Assembly (NCBI GenBank): GCA_000002445.1
Contig: CM000208.1
Span: forward strand, 2,432,001-2,496,000
Origin: Trypanosoma brucei
Taxonomy: Eukaryota
Direction: 5' to 3'
Length of the DNA: 64,000 bases
The notes under the pieces were generated by a model. It did no database searches. It was not told the DNA's origin and saw nothing but the letters and a program-made list of their open reading frames with translations. Positions 33,404 to 43,653 of the stretch are shown here, piece after piece (position 1 is the first letter of the stretch; each line of letters opens with the position of its first letter). Both the position numbers and the translations under genes were made by a program.

Positions 33404-34306
33404 ATGGGCGCTGCGGATTCGCCTGACTTACTGCGTGTCCTGGTAGTTGGGCATACGGGAGTTGGGAAAACGTTGTTTCTTCAGCGGCTGCACCGATCCA
33501 CGGTAGAGAGGAGAGAAGGTCCTCTGCGTGCACGGGGGCATACCGTTGGCTTCAACGTGGAGGTGATCAGCACACACCGGGAAAATAAATTCGGTTCCTC
33601 GACCCACGTAAGCGACAATGAGCGCCACATTGCGTTCGTGGAAGTTGGAGGCAACCGTAATTTTGGTCGCAGCGGCCATTTCCCCCTTAGTTTAATGACT
33701 TTCCACGGCGTGATATTTGTATATGACCACCACAATATTGAGAGTGCAACGGATTTGATGTACTGGTACGAGTACCTGAAGGGCTACGGTGCCGTAGGGA
33801 GTGGCGGCACTGCAAGGGTAATGTTAGTCGAGACAACACATATTCCTTTGACAGACGACCCGTCCTCCGCGGCCCGGGTGCTTCCAGACGAACTTCTGGG
33901 GAGCTACTTGCAAGAAAGTATCAAGAAGGCTCCCACATTTCGTGAAAAGATGTGCCACACCGTGCGGTCCCTGTTTAGACGTTGCGCGAGCGTGAGTCGA
34001 CTTTCCGTCACGGACTTTCAACCCCAGTATCTTCGCTTTCTCCCCCGTGTTGCTGTGTTTCTGCATCAGCTAATGTCCATTGTGGAGAATTTGCTGCTCT
34101 TTATTATGGCCGTTACACTTTTCGGCCCAGGGCAAAAGTCTGTTTCCTTTTGCCCTCCGTCAGTGTCCGCCGCACTACGAACGATTGAAGATGATGCGAG
34201 CGGCACCCGGACGCTGAAGCAGTGTCCCTTGTACGATCAGGGGTTGTTTGAGGCAACGGCGCTTGAGGAGGTGTTAAGTTTCTTGGGCTCGCTGAGGTCC
34301 GCGTAA
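33404..34306 (+). CDS. divergent Rab/Ras-like small GTPase with an N-terminal MGxxxS myristoylation-type motif
   Basis: P-loop 'VVGHTGVGKTLF'; switch-II-like 'VEVGGN'. N-terminus 'MGAADSP' (Gly2, Ser6). Not assignable to a named Rab. Confidence 0.5.
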   Translation: MGAADSPDLLRVLVVGHTGVGKTLFLQRLHRSTVERREGPLRARGHTVGFNVEVISTHRENKFGSSTHVSDNERHIAFVEVGGNRNFGRSGHFPLSLMTFHGVIFVYDHHNIESATDLMYWYEYLKGYGAVGSGGTARVMLVETTHIPLTDDPSSAARVLPDELLGSYLQESIKKAPTFREKMCHTVRSLFRRCASVSRLSVTDFQPQYLRFLPRVAVFLHQLMSIVENLLLFIMAVTLFGPGQKSVSFCPPSVSAALRTIEDDASGTRTLKQCPLYDQGLFEATALEEVLSFLGSLRSA

Positions 34307-34634
34307 CCTTGTGAGCTTTGCATAATTCCCCTCAGCCGCTTCATTTGTTCATCACTTCCCGTGGCTTCCAGGTCAAGTTGTTGGCGCTGCGCAGCATGCC
34401 GCTAACCGAAGTAAAGCTTTGTCGCTGTTGAGTTATCCAGGGGGCAAGTTGCTATGCGAATTTTTTTTTTACGCTTTCCCTTTTTGCACTCCTTCGACAG
34501 CTGCCGTTAAACAATAATAGCGATAGGGCAAGGAAGGGGACGAATCAGGTTTTTAGTTTTCCACTCAGGGAGGATCTTTGTCTGTACTTGAACGTTGTTG
34601 GGCACTGACCCCAGCACAGTAAAAAGTTGGTGTA

Positions 34635-37175
34635 ATGGCTGATCCCATCGCTGTTAACTTCAGGCGAGCGCGCTTTCCCAACACACCACCAGCGCAGTTA
34701 CTCACGGTTATTGTGTCGTACAGACGAGGATGTGCTCCGCTCGCCCTTTTGGCGGTCAGCCCCACAGCGCGACGGGCGGTGGAAGAGACCGGATGCGCAA
34801 TTGGTGGACTTCGTGTCATCCATAAAAACAATGACGTAAAGAAATGTGATGATGTGCGTTTTGTAGCCCCGGAAGAATTGGAGTTGGCCGCAAGTAACAA
34901 GCAAAGTCTCCAGTCTGCGGTATTTGGGTTGTGGTGGTACAAACGCTACCCGTTCACATCACTTGTGGTCGATCACGCAGGAAAGGAGAACATGCCTCTT
35001 ATAATCCGACTCAAAAAGGCACTGAACATTAAGAAGATGGTAATACTCAAGTCTGCGGTAACAAATGAAATGATGCACATCGTTTCTATGGCCCGTGATC
35101 TTGAGTCACTAACAGTACGCAACTGCTTTAGTGAGTCAGAGGCGAGCCTGTGCAGTGTGACGTCCATTCTCAACAGCCGTGCAACGAACAGGCGAGATGC
35201 GAGAACGTTTTATCTATCCGGTGTAACAAGTTTGGGGGTTTTAAGGTGCCTACGAAGCCTCACCTTGTTCGCAACACCGCTCAGTAATCAAATCATGTCG
35301 TACTTTTGCGAATGCACAAATTTGGAACGAGTTGTAGTGGATTCGTGTTGCGGTTTGGTCTCATTGGAGTGTTTTGCTGCTTTACAGCGGCTGACACATC
35401 TATCTGTATTAAATTGTACCATAACCGACGAAGGGTTACCGCCAATTAGCAAGTGTTTTTCACTGCAATATGTGATGCTTGACAACTGTATGAAACTGAG
35501 GAGTCTGAACTGTCTTGGGTCGTTGCGGAACTTGCGAACGCTAATAGTTTCGCGCAACAGGATACCTGAAGAGGGTGTTCAGGGTCTACGAAAGCTACGC
35601 GACTTGGAGGTCCTGCGATTTTCTGTCTTTAATCGTCCCACCGCCGTCGAGTTTATTTCGAGCCTTGGAAGTTTGGTTGAACTTGATCTGAGGGATAACT
35701 GGGTAGGGGACGCAGGTTGCGCCTCTTTCGTTCATTGCAGGCAGCTCCAGCAACTGAAACTTTCCTGCTGCCGCCGCGTATCGGATGTGCGGTGGCTGGC
35801 TGCGCTAACCTGCCTGCGCACGTTGGATCTCTCGCACACAAACGTGAGGAGTCGCTGGCTCGAGTCGCTGAGAGCGTGTCGTTATCTTGTGGAGCTGAAT
35901 GTCGCCTACTGTAGGGATGTAGTGGAAGTTTCGTTTCTTAGTGAGTTGCGTTTGCTGAAGCACTTGGACCTAAGTGGAACGGATATTGGAGAGCAGAATC
36001 TGGACCCCATTGGACGGTGTGAGGGGCTTACGTTCTTGTTGTTAAAAGATTGTAGTTCCGTGAAAGATTTGCACTTCTTGGAGACACTGCGGGAGTTAGT
36101 GAAACTTGACACAGAAAGGACGGGAATTATGGACGCAAACGTCTGCCAAGTGGTAGCGTGCAAAAAACTTGAATTTTTGTCTTTCCGCTACTGCCACCTA
36201 CTGACGGACGTGAAGTGCTTGGAGGGGCTGAGGAATTTGAAGACGCTGGACCTTGCGGGTACCAACGTGACAAACGAGGGAATCTCCTCCCTCCCGAAGT
36301 GTGTGTCGCTAGAGTACGTTGACGTGAGCGAGTGCTGTTTAATCACACACCTCGAGTTTCTGCGGCCACTCCCCAATTTGCAGCAAGTTGTTGCTGACCA
36401 AATGAATTTGACGGATATCGGTGGGTTGACTGGCGCTCCTTCCTTGAGAAGAGTGACCCTAAATGAGTCGAAGCGATTGGGGACGGTGGGCGAGGTGCGA
36501 TTGCCGTACCTGCAGGAACTGTCACTGAGGAAGAGCACTATTTCCAACGCCGGCATTCGCAGTCTTCTGGCATCGTGCCGCTCTTTGCAGCACCTCGACA
36601 TGCAACACTGTCATTCCGTCACCGAACTTAGTGCTCTTTCCCAATTGCCCAACCTCAGAGAACTCCTGCTGAGAAACATAAGAGTGACGGGTGAGTTCAT
36701 GACTCACATCGCCTCGTGTGTGAATTTGAGAAAGCTCCAAATGACTGAATGCGCTGATATAACGGACGTGAATTGCTTGAGCGCACTGCAGTCACTGGAG
36801 GATATCGACCTTTCGAGAACAAGTGTAACAACAGAAGGTATTAAAGGTCTTTCCAAATGTTACGCGTTAAGGAAGTTGAACTTGAGTGAGTGTCGTTACG
36901 TTACCAACGTCAACTGTCTAGGAAAGCTACCCTTTCTTCGGGAACTCCATTTAGAAAAAACAAATGTTACGGACAAGGGTATCGCTGGCTTATCAAATTG
37001 CATCCAGCTGGAAACTCTAGCGCTTACGAAGTGTAGCCGAATCACGAATGTGGAGCGGCTTCATAGCTCTTTGCCCCATCTCGAGGAATTTGATGTTTAC
37101 GGCACGTCAGTTGATAAATTCCACCGATGTCTGGGTGGAAGTCAGCGTACGCAGCATGCTTGCTCAGTTCTTTGA
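34635..37175 (+). CDS. leucine-rich-repeat protein of the ESAG8/LRRP1 type (846 aa)
   Basis: More than 20 tandem 23-25-aa LRRs of the trypanosome type: 'LRTLDLSHTNVRS', 'LKTLDLAGTNVTNEGISSLPKC', 'LEDIDLSRTSVTTEGIKGLSKC', 'LRELHLEKTNVTDKGIAGLSNC'. Confidence 0.75.
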   Translation: MADPIAVNFRRARFPNTPPAQLLTVIVSYRRGCAPLALLAVSPTARRAVEETGCAIGGLRVIHKNNDVKKCDDVRFVAPEELELAASNKQSLQSAVFGLWWYKRYPFTSLVVDHAGKENMPLIIRLKKALNIKKMVILKSAVTNEMMHIVSMARDLESLTVRNCFSESEASLCSVTSILNSRATNRRDARTFYLSGVTSLGVLRCLRSLTLFATPLSNQIMSYFCECTNLERVVVDSCCGLVSLECFAALQRLTHLSVLNCTITDEGLPPISKCFSLQYVMLDNCMKLRSLNCLGSLRNLRTLIVSRNRIPEEGVQGLRKLRDLEVLRFSVFNRPTAVEFISSLGSLVELDLRDNWVGDAGCASFVHCRQLQQLKLSCCRRVSDVRWLAALTCLRTLDLSHTNVRSRWLESLRACRYLVELNVAYCRDVVEVSFLSELRLLKHLDLSGTDIGEQNLDPIGRCEGLTFLLLKDCSSVKDLHFLETLRELVKLDTERTGIMDANVCQVVACKKLEFLSFRYCHLLTDVKCLEGLRNLKTLDLAGTNVTNEGISSLPKCVSLEYVDVSECCLITHLEFLRPLPNLQQVVADQMNLTDIGGLTGAPSLRRVTLNESKRLGTVGEVRLPYLQELSLRKSTISNAGIRSLLASCRSLQHLDMQHCHSVTELSALSQLPNLRELLLRNIRVTGEFMTHIASCVNLRKLQMTECADITDVNCLSALQSLEDIDLSRTSVTTEGIKGLSKCYALRKLNLSECRYVTNVNCLGKLPFLRELHLEKTNVTDKGIAGLSNCIQLETLALTKCSRITNVERLHSSLPHLEEFDVYGTSVDKFHRCLGGSQRTQHACSVL

Positions 37176-37986
37176 CTACCGACGCGAGACTAAATTTATT
37201 GCACCATGCTGGAGGCATGCGAGCTTGCTTTGAAACCCCTCGCTCCCCCTTCTTTGATATGTCTCTTAGCTGGAAACCCCGGCGTACTCTTGTTAGTTCG
37301 ATGTCGTTTTTTTTTTGTTACCCGTTGCGTTCATAGTTATTTTTTCTCCCCTCTCGCTGCGTGCCTCCTCGGTATGCGGGCAGTACCGTGTACATCAGCG
37401 AGCGTTGCCGGCGTGTAAACGGCAAAGCGGTAATAATCGTGTAGCGACGGTCATTTGATTTATTTCCCCTCCCCCATTTCCAAGCTGCTACGCTAACCTT
37501 TACGTGCATGTGCGTTTAGTTCGCTACGATATCCCCTTCTTCAATGGCCAACTGGCATTCAACCCGACAAAATGCGCGTTCTCGCCTAGTCAGGACGAGT
37601 GGGCGGGTTGCCTCCCCTGTTTTGCTGTTTCCCCTCCCCCTCCCTCTCTTGCCCTAACCCCAATTTAATCCCTTTCTTATCCAACTTAGCCTTGTATTGA
37701 TTTGCCCTCCTTCTTCACTCCTTCTTCCAGTGTAGTTAAGTTGATTCTTCACACAATTTGATCCCTTCAGGCGGGTAGGAAAGATTCTCAGGTCTTCGGA
37801 TTCGTACCGATTAACGCTGAACCCGTGGAGGGTTTAGGTGAGGCAAAGCGGTCAACCAGAGGCGCGGAAACGGAAGGGGGGGGGTCGGTGTGCCATTTTT
37901 TCTGCTGGCGCCCCACGCGGAGGTTTGCACATATATTTTCCTCGTATTGTTGATACTTTTCAGAAGACAGGGGGGAAAGGAGGTGC

Positions 37987-39396
37987 ATGGCCATCACGGT
38001 GCAGCTGGTTCTCGCTTCCACGGGGCATAGCCTTCCAATGACGGTGTATCAGGAAGAGACAACACCCCACACCACCTGTCAACTATCCTCGATCCCTGTG
38101 TTGCGCTCCCAGAAGGTATTCGTATCGGATCTGGTGCTTCTTATACGCAATTGCAGGTCCGCATCGATGGCAGATTGTCACCCCTCATCGGAAGGGTGGA
38201 AGTACATAGAATGCTTTGACTACACGTCGCTGCGGCCGTTGCGACCCAACGAAGCAATAGCGGACAAACAAAAACTTCTGGTCTTCACTCCGCTTTTATT
38301 GAGCGAAGCCCTACTGGAACAATACTCCTCGACTAAGGAACACTCTCATCGTACAAAGTCCAAGGTGGACATGGAAGAGGAGCGCTGGCTCAACCTCAAA
38401 CAGGCGATTGCAGCGCTTGCTGTGCCGCTGAAACTCCATCGAGAACAAATGGAACGGCAGATGGATTTATGCGTGAAGAAAGTTAACGAGACGGCCCCGC
38501 GCTTCCATGCGGCGAAAGAGGGCATAAGCCATGCCTTAGAAAAAATAAAAGACATAAAGGTTTTTAATGACCCCGATTTTTCATTGATAGCCCTTGTAGA
38601 TGCCAGTGAAATTGAGACCGCCGTTGAACAGGGAGAAGTGAAGCTTCAACGAGCGTTAAGGTACCTTAAAGAAGCGCAGACGATGGCACCGAGTGTTTTG
38701 GACGCCATTAGCAAGGAAGTTGAACTTGGAAACAGTATTCAGACAACGTCGGCTTGGCACAGTTACAAAACAACTGAGCAAGCCGATGGCTGCTCAGCCG
38801 TATCTGCGTTGATGCTGGAGGTAAAGCGAAGGGTCGACGCGGTGCGTATGATTTTGACTGATATAACGAAGATCGGGCGAAAACAGTCGGCATGTTCTCG
38901 ATACTGCGATGCTGTGCACTGCCACGTTGTGCAGAAAGAGAATAATTTGCATCAACTGCCGAAAGGGTTGGAGGTTGCACAGAGATTGATGGAGCGCCGG
39001 ATAGTTATGCGGCGCGCCATCCACCGGTTATTGGCGCCACTAGAAGATGAACATCGTTCGCTACAGCAGCATCTCCGCCAGTTCGCTGGAGATTGGGGCG
39101 ACTGCCTTCCCAAGGACCTGTTCGGGGCGGTAGCGGCGCCGCTTCCACCACTGTATCCGGTCGACGACGACGTCGCACAAAAAATGGACCGACACTTCTT
39201 TGATTTGGAAAAGGACGCGACGGAGGAATTTCTCCTCTCCGTCGGTGCCGCATCCGTTGGGCCCTCAGAGCCCTGCGCAGCACTGGAACGCAGACTGCGG
39301 GAAGTGGAAGGAGAGCTGCGGCTATGCAGAGCGGCGCTGAAGGCCACGTCCCGGGAAAAGAACAAGCTCCATACAGGAGGTGAACGGCCGAAGTAG
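37987..39396 (+). CDS. hypothetical protein with a C-terminal coiled coil; last gene of the plus-strand array
   Basis: ATG-initiated 469-aa ORF. The true start may be an internal Met. No domain recognised. Confidence 0.45.
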   Translation: MAITVQLVLASTGHSLPMTVYQEETTPHTTCQLSSIPVLRSQKVFVSDLVLLIRNCRSASMADCHPSSEGWKYIECFDYTSLRPLRPNEAIADKQKLLVFTPLLLSEALLEQYSSTKEHSHRTKSKVDMEEERWLNLKQAIAALAVPLKLHREQMERQMDLCVKKVNETAPRFHAAKEGISHALEKIKDIKVFNDPDFSLIALVDASEIETAVEQGEVKLQRALRYLKEAQTMAPSVLDAISKEVELGNSIQTTSAWHSYKTTEQADGCSAVSALMLEVKRRVDAVRMILTDITKIGRKQSACSRYCDAVHCHVVQKENNLHQLPKGLEVAQRLMERRIVMRRAIHRLLAPLEDEHRSLQQHLRQFAGDWGDCLPKDLFGAVAAPLPPLYPVDDDVAQKMDRHFFDLEKDATEEFLLSVGAASVGPSEPCAALERRLREVEGELRLCRAALKATSREKNKLHTGGERPK

Positions 39397-40486
39397 AAAG
39401 GAACCCCCCTCCCTAACAAATGAAAAAATGCAAACAGAATAGCATTACTCCACCGCAACCGTCAAAGCTTTCCCCGAGGGGCGGTGCTAGCCATATTGCT
39501 TCACATAAATACAAATGCATATATATACATATTTATTTATATTTTTCCCCCTAGTTGTTTGCGTCCCGTTTTGTTGCGGGACATGCCCATCCTTCGGTTA
39601 GAATCAGTTGGTTGCTGTGCAAACCGGGGGCGACAGGGAAGACACGGGGAACGCAGTAATAAAAGGCGCAGTCGCACAATTTGCATGGATGGGTGCTCGT
39701 ATTTCCGCTGTGGTGAGAGGGCTTGGGTAGAGTGAATTTGCCTTTAAAACGTTTTCGCTTTTCTCTCAAGTGGGCACTATTTCCATGTATATGTCAGTGC
39801 TAAATTCCTGTTCACGGTTGGAAATTAACAGGGATTGCCGCATTAGCAACGGAGATGTCGAAAGAGAGATGCAGATCATGTTTTCCCTGTCCCTCCTCGG
39901 AGTGTTGCTTCCCACATACTTTGAGTGTATCATGAGAATGTCACACTATCGTCAGTTTTCTGCATTCAAAGGGTTTAAGGCCGTACAAAAAAAAAAAATC
40001 CACCCGTAGCCGGCGTAAGATTAACTACGTGCAGCTGCGTCTCGATGTAACGTGGAAAAATGGATCGTGGTAGTTTGCGCAACTCTCTTTCCTCAAAAGA
40101 CAGAAGCGGTCGGAAACGCCCAACGAAAACCTCTCATCACAGAGTTTCGTGGAACATCTGAACAGCTGCTGCAAATTCATTTGAGTTGCTGTCTATCTCC
40201 GCCTCTCTGATTCTCATTTACCTGAATATTAGATGTGCAGAACGCACATAAGGCAACGGCACTAAGTAAGCAAGTATAGAATCTCGGAGTTATAAAGACC
40301 GACTGCCGTTGCAACAACGAGCTCCTTCAGCACGCGAATATTTGCGAGAGATGCGGGGCCGAGACTTATCAAATCAAATAAGGGGTAAGCGATCGGCATG
40401 GACAGTAGGCGAATTCCGTACAAAAGCCGTGGCAAAGCACCTTGATGGGCTACGGAAAGTACATGCTGAAGGGGGAAGAAACGAAT

Positions 40487-40488
<2 letters not shown>

Positions 40489-40522
<34 letters not shown>
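40489..40522. repeat. (TA)n microsatellite, about 17 units
   Basis: 'atatatatatatatatatatatatatatatata' read directly. Confidence 0.9.
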
Positions 40523-40523
<1 letters not shown>

Positions 40524-41026
40524 GTGAACGGTTGAGCCCCGCCGGGGGCGTATCGCTAGCGACTCGGCAGTGGTGACACCACCACCTCAACGTGGGCTCA
40601 TGCATTCCGCTACCTCGCATTTTTCGGGGGGGGGGAATCCGGGGGCCGGGAGAGGTTCCACACTCTTATGGGGAACACTGTTTTGAATTCTCCGTCTACG
40701 GCACAACCGCTAACTACGTCCTGTCAGGTCAGCGTTTTCTTCACAGCATTCCCCCCCCCCCGCCCTCCCGTCCTGGAACGAAGACTATCTCGTCGAAATC
40801 CTTATGGCTTTCCTTCCCACGCCATCTTCTTTCGCATTAAGTGCCTCACAGTTGTTCAGCTACCTCAATTTCTTAACCGCATCGAATCTCCTTCCGAGAG
40901 TGCCATTTCCCACTTCTTGACTTACACCTCACCAGACACTGCTATTAACTGAAAAAAAAAAAGTCAAACCCGGTCATTACACACTGTACCAAAAAAAAAA
41001 ATATGAAACGGCTCCCCACCTGAGCG

Positions 41027-41058
41027 AGAACCCTCATCATTGAATAAAAGCATCATTG
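41027..41058. repeat. perfect 16-bp tandem duplication 'catcattgaataaaag' x2, immediately 3' of the last PAG gene
   Basis: Read directly at 41027-41042 and 41043-41058. Confidence 0.85.
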
Positions 41059-41085
41059 AATAAAAGCAAGTGTTGCAAGACCACT

Positions 41086-42207
41086 TTACACCATCGCAGC
41101 GACAAGCGAAATTACCAACCGAACCCTCCAATCACCATGCGAATGCACCGCCGAGTCCCCAAAAAAATTCTTTTGTCGCTTGTGTGTGAAATTCCCACAC
41201 CTTCTGATCATGTAGTCAAGAAGCCGTTTCCCGCTACCGCTCGTGTCCTTGCTTGTCGTCATATTCTTTTCCTGCAAGCTTTCCAGTGCATCCTCAACCA
41301 CTGCCAGCACCTCCTTGTTGATCTTCTGAAACTCTCCAAAAAGTTTCGCGGTCGATGTCAGGGTCGGCACTGTCTTGGTCGGGTGTTCCTCCCATACGAC
41401 ATCTGAACTGTAAGAACTTCCGCGAACTGTACCCTTTGCTCCAGAGCTGGCTTCCCCGCCCTTCTTAATGCCGAGCATCCCGTCACCCCAGGTAATGTGT
41501 TTTGTTGGCTCGATTTTGTAACCTTTATTACGGGAATCCATGTGCACAAGATAGCCCCCACCATTTCCTCCCTTCGTCAGGTGGCAGTTCGCACCACTGC
41601 TTTCCAGTGGATCGGTGTTGTTAAGCTGCAGTGCTTCATCCAACATGGTTGCAAATTCCTTTCCATCACCATCAAAACCGCCGTCTTCACTAGCCCCAGT
41701 GCCGTCGAAACTTGCCGTCCCAAAGCACCCCGTGAAGTTTTGGCGATCTTTGACACAATAGCTATTGTTATCGTTTCCCCCAATAGGCCCCACGAAAACA
41801 CTTAACATTTCATCCAGTCTCCCCGCAGCTAGTGACGCGGCTGCCACAAGTTTTGTCCCGACGTCCCACAGTTTCTTCACGAGTTTCCTTATCATCGCTT
41901 TCTTCCCTTCAAGGGTATATGTTATAAACACCTTCGCCTTGGTACACTCGAAGCCACTCGAATTACTTCTCAATACCTTCAGTTTCGCATAATTCCCCAT
42001 GTGACTCACCTTTTCCATCATCTTTTCGACCGCCTCCGTCTTAGTCAAAACATATCTGTACACGCCACTCTTCAGCATACGAGATGCACTGCAGATACCT
42101 CGCGCCGCCTCACCGGACAGCGGTCTGTTTGTTTCAGCGCTCCCGAACGAATGCAGCATAAACACCAACGCCACTAGCCCTTTTATTGTCTTCCCCATGG
42201 TTGTCAT
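41086..42207 (-). CDS. PAG4: procyclin-associated gene, ESAG6/7 (transferrin-receptor)-related. Fourth and last PAG of the unit, corresponding to PAG4 by locus order.
   Basis: ATG start, N-terminal signal peptide ('MGKTIKGLVALVFMLHSFGSA'). Carries the ESAG6/7-family block 'KLVAAASLAAGRLDEMLSVFVGP' (ESAG6 'AAAGIAAGRLEEWIFVFAQA') and 'ITWGDGMLGIKKGG'. Position is downstream of EP1/EP2. Confidence 0.65.
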   Translation of the reverse strand: MTTMGKTIKGLVALVFMLHSFGSAETNRPLSGEAARGICSASRMLKSGVYRYVLTKTEAVEKMMEKVSHMGNYAKLKVLRSNSSGFECTKAKVFITYTLEGKKAMIRKLVKKLWDVGTKLVAAASLAAGRLDEMLSVFVGPIGGNDNNSYCVKDRQNFTGCFGTASFDGTGASEDGGFDGDGKEFATMLDEALQLNNTDPLESSGANCHLTKGGNGGGYLVHMDSRNKGYKIEPTKHITWGDGMLGIKKGGEASSGAKGTVRGSSYSSDVVWEEHPTKTVPTLTSTAKLFGEFQKINKEVLAVVEDALESLQEKNMTTSKDTSGSGKRLLDYMIRRCGNFTHKRQKNFFGDSAVHSHGDWRVRLVISLVAAMV

Positions 42208-42323
42208 ATCGCTAAAACTAACGCGAAAGGGAAAAAAATGTGATTTATCAACCCCTCTGTTATACTAATTTTCTAGATCTTTCGTGCTAACGTTTGAATA
42301 ATGGAGTAAATCACCGAAAACAT

Positions 42324-43532
42324 TTAGTCGTCCTTTCCCCAATTTCCGCCAAATATCTTCCTCCACGCCTTTCTGAACATTCTTCGGAAGAAGCTCCTCC
42401 TCCCCAACCCTCCACACAACCCAATCTCCGTCATCAGAAGGTCTTTGTCGGCATCCTTTACCTGACCTGCCGAGAGCCAATCCTGTTTAGTACGGCTATT
42501 CAGCGCGGAAACGTTTTCAATTGGAAGACTTCCTAGTCCATTCAGTATTTTCATGGCATCCGCCCTCCTCCCAATAGTTTTTTCTGTCCACTCCTCCGTG
42601 AGACTCCTATATATGTCGCCGTACTCACTTACCTGCTCTTCAAACGCCCGGTAAGCATCCATTGCTGCCCTCAGTGTGGGGACGTTTGTTGTTGGATTTT
42701 CCTCCCACATCATATCGTAACTATATGTCTCATTCCTCGTATCTCCTATGTATGCGGTTTCGCCAACTCCATCTTTCTTTACTCCAAAGATTCCATCGCC
42801 CCAAAGCAAGTTAGTCGTGAGGCTCGCGTTTCCCAGGTATCCTCCCCCCGAACTTCCGCGCACCAGCTGACACCCCTGTGACTCCCCTCCCGTGTATCTT
42901 GGGTCGTTATTGCTCAGCTTTAGGTGCCTTCTAATTGCTTCCTCCAGGTTTGCTCTGCCCTCCGCTTGTGAACCCTTTTTCTCTTCAACATCCTCTACAG
43001 AGAGGAATTCTGCAGCATCTACAGCCGTTTTCCCCCCTTGAAAACAGTCGTGAAGCTCCGCCTTAGTTGCTGCTTCACCTCGTGCACCCGCAGCGCAAGA
43101 AAAAAATTCAACCCCGTTTCTGTTATTCGGTTGCTGGAAAACACTAACGAACTCATCCAACCTCCCCGCTGCCAGCCCCGCCGCTGCTGCTAGTGATAAC
43201 CCTTTCTTCCGGACACTCGCGATCATACCGACCATCCTATCCAAACCACCCACCATGTACTTGAGAAAAAATGCCATTTTGTCGCATTCGGGTCCCGTCT
43301 CCTTCTCTTTTACAACCTTCAACTTCGCCAGCTTTACCATTTTTTCCACATCTTCCAACATCGCTTCTGAAACGTCTGTTTTCTTGACAACATACTGGTA
43401 CATTTCCTTCAACGCCTTACTCACCCCACATACGCCCTGCATTGCCTCCAACCTCAGCGCCCCTCTTTCACCAGGGCCGCCGGCACTTGCCACAGCTACG
43501 ACCGCCGCTATTGTGAATACGACCCTTATCAT
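42324..43532 (-). CDS. PAG2: procyclin-associated gene, ESAG6/7-related; third PAG, PAG2 by locus order
   Basis: The listed ORF runs to 43664 but starts on GTG. The ATG at 43532 follows a polypyrimidine tract plus AG and gives the signal peptide 'MIRVVFTIAAVVAVASA'. Shares 'SLAAAAGLAAGRLDEFVSVF' and 'LLWGDGIFGVKKDG' with the other PAGs. Confidence 0.65.
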   Translation of the reverse strand: MIRVVFTIAAVVAVASAGGPGERGALRLEAMQGVCGVSKALKEMYQYVVKKTDVSEAMLEDVEKMVKLAKLKVVKEKETGPECDKMAFFLKYMVGGLDRMVGMIASVRKKGLSLAAAAGLAAGRLDEFVSVFQQPNNRNGVEFFSCAAGARGEAATKAELHDCFQGGKTAVDAAEFLSVEDVEEKKGSQAEGRANLEEAIRRHLKLSNNDPRYTGGESQGCQLVRGSSGGGYLGNASLTTNLLWGDGIFGVKKDGVGETAYIGDTRNETYSYDMMWEENPTTNVPTLRAAMDAYRAFEEQVSEYGDIYRSLTEEWTEKTIGRRADAMKILNGLGSLPIENVSALNSRTKQDWLSAGQVKDADKDLLMTEIGLCGGLGRRSFFRRMFRKAWRKIFGGNWGKDD

Positions 43533-43653
43533 TTTCCCAGAGCCACCTAAAGAAGAAAAAGATAGAGCACATACCTGCATCCTGATGCCCAATACACTTC
43601 CACCCACCCATCCCCCTCCCCCAAAAAAATACACACATATATTAGTAAAGTGC

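Larger units (their letters stand above)
39397..41085. other. convergent strand-switch region: the plus-strand Pol II array meets the minus-strand procyclin/PAG unit
   Basis: No ORF with protein-like composition on either strand. Genes left of it are all plus-strand, genes right of it all minus-strand. Contains homopolymer runs and a (TA)n tract. Confidence 0.65.

Noticed and set aside
40560-40900. Possible tRNA or snRNA in the strand-switch region (G/C-rich stretch; 'atcgaatctcc' T-loop-like at about 40876)
   Set aside because: No acceptor-stem or T-stem pairing and no A/B-box arrangement could be built by eye around it. No 'GGTTCGAATCC'-type T-arm with a complementary stem was found anywhere in 39.4-41.1 kb.
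43533-43580. 'cagGTATGTgctctatctttttcttctttAGg' upstream of PAG2 resembles a cis-intron (5' GTATGT, polyY, AG)
   Set aside because: Cis-introns are almost non-existent in trypanosomes. The same elements are exactly what a trans-splice acceptor looks like, and the ATG at 43532 immediately follows. I interpret it as the PAG2 spliced-leader acceptor region, not an intron.
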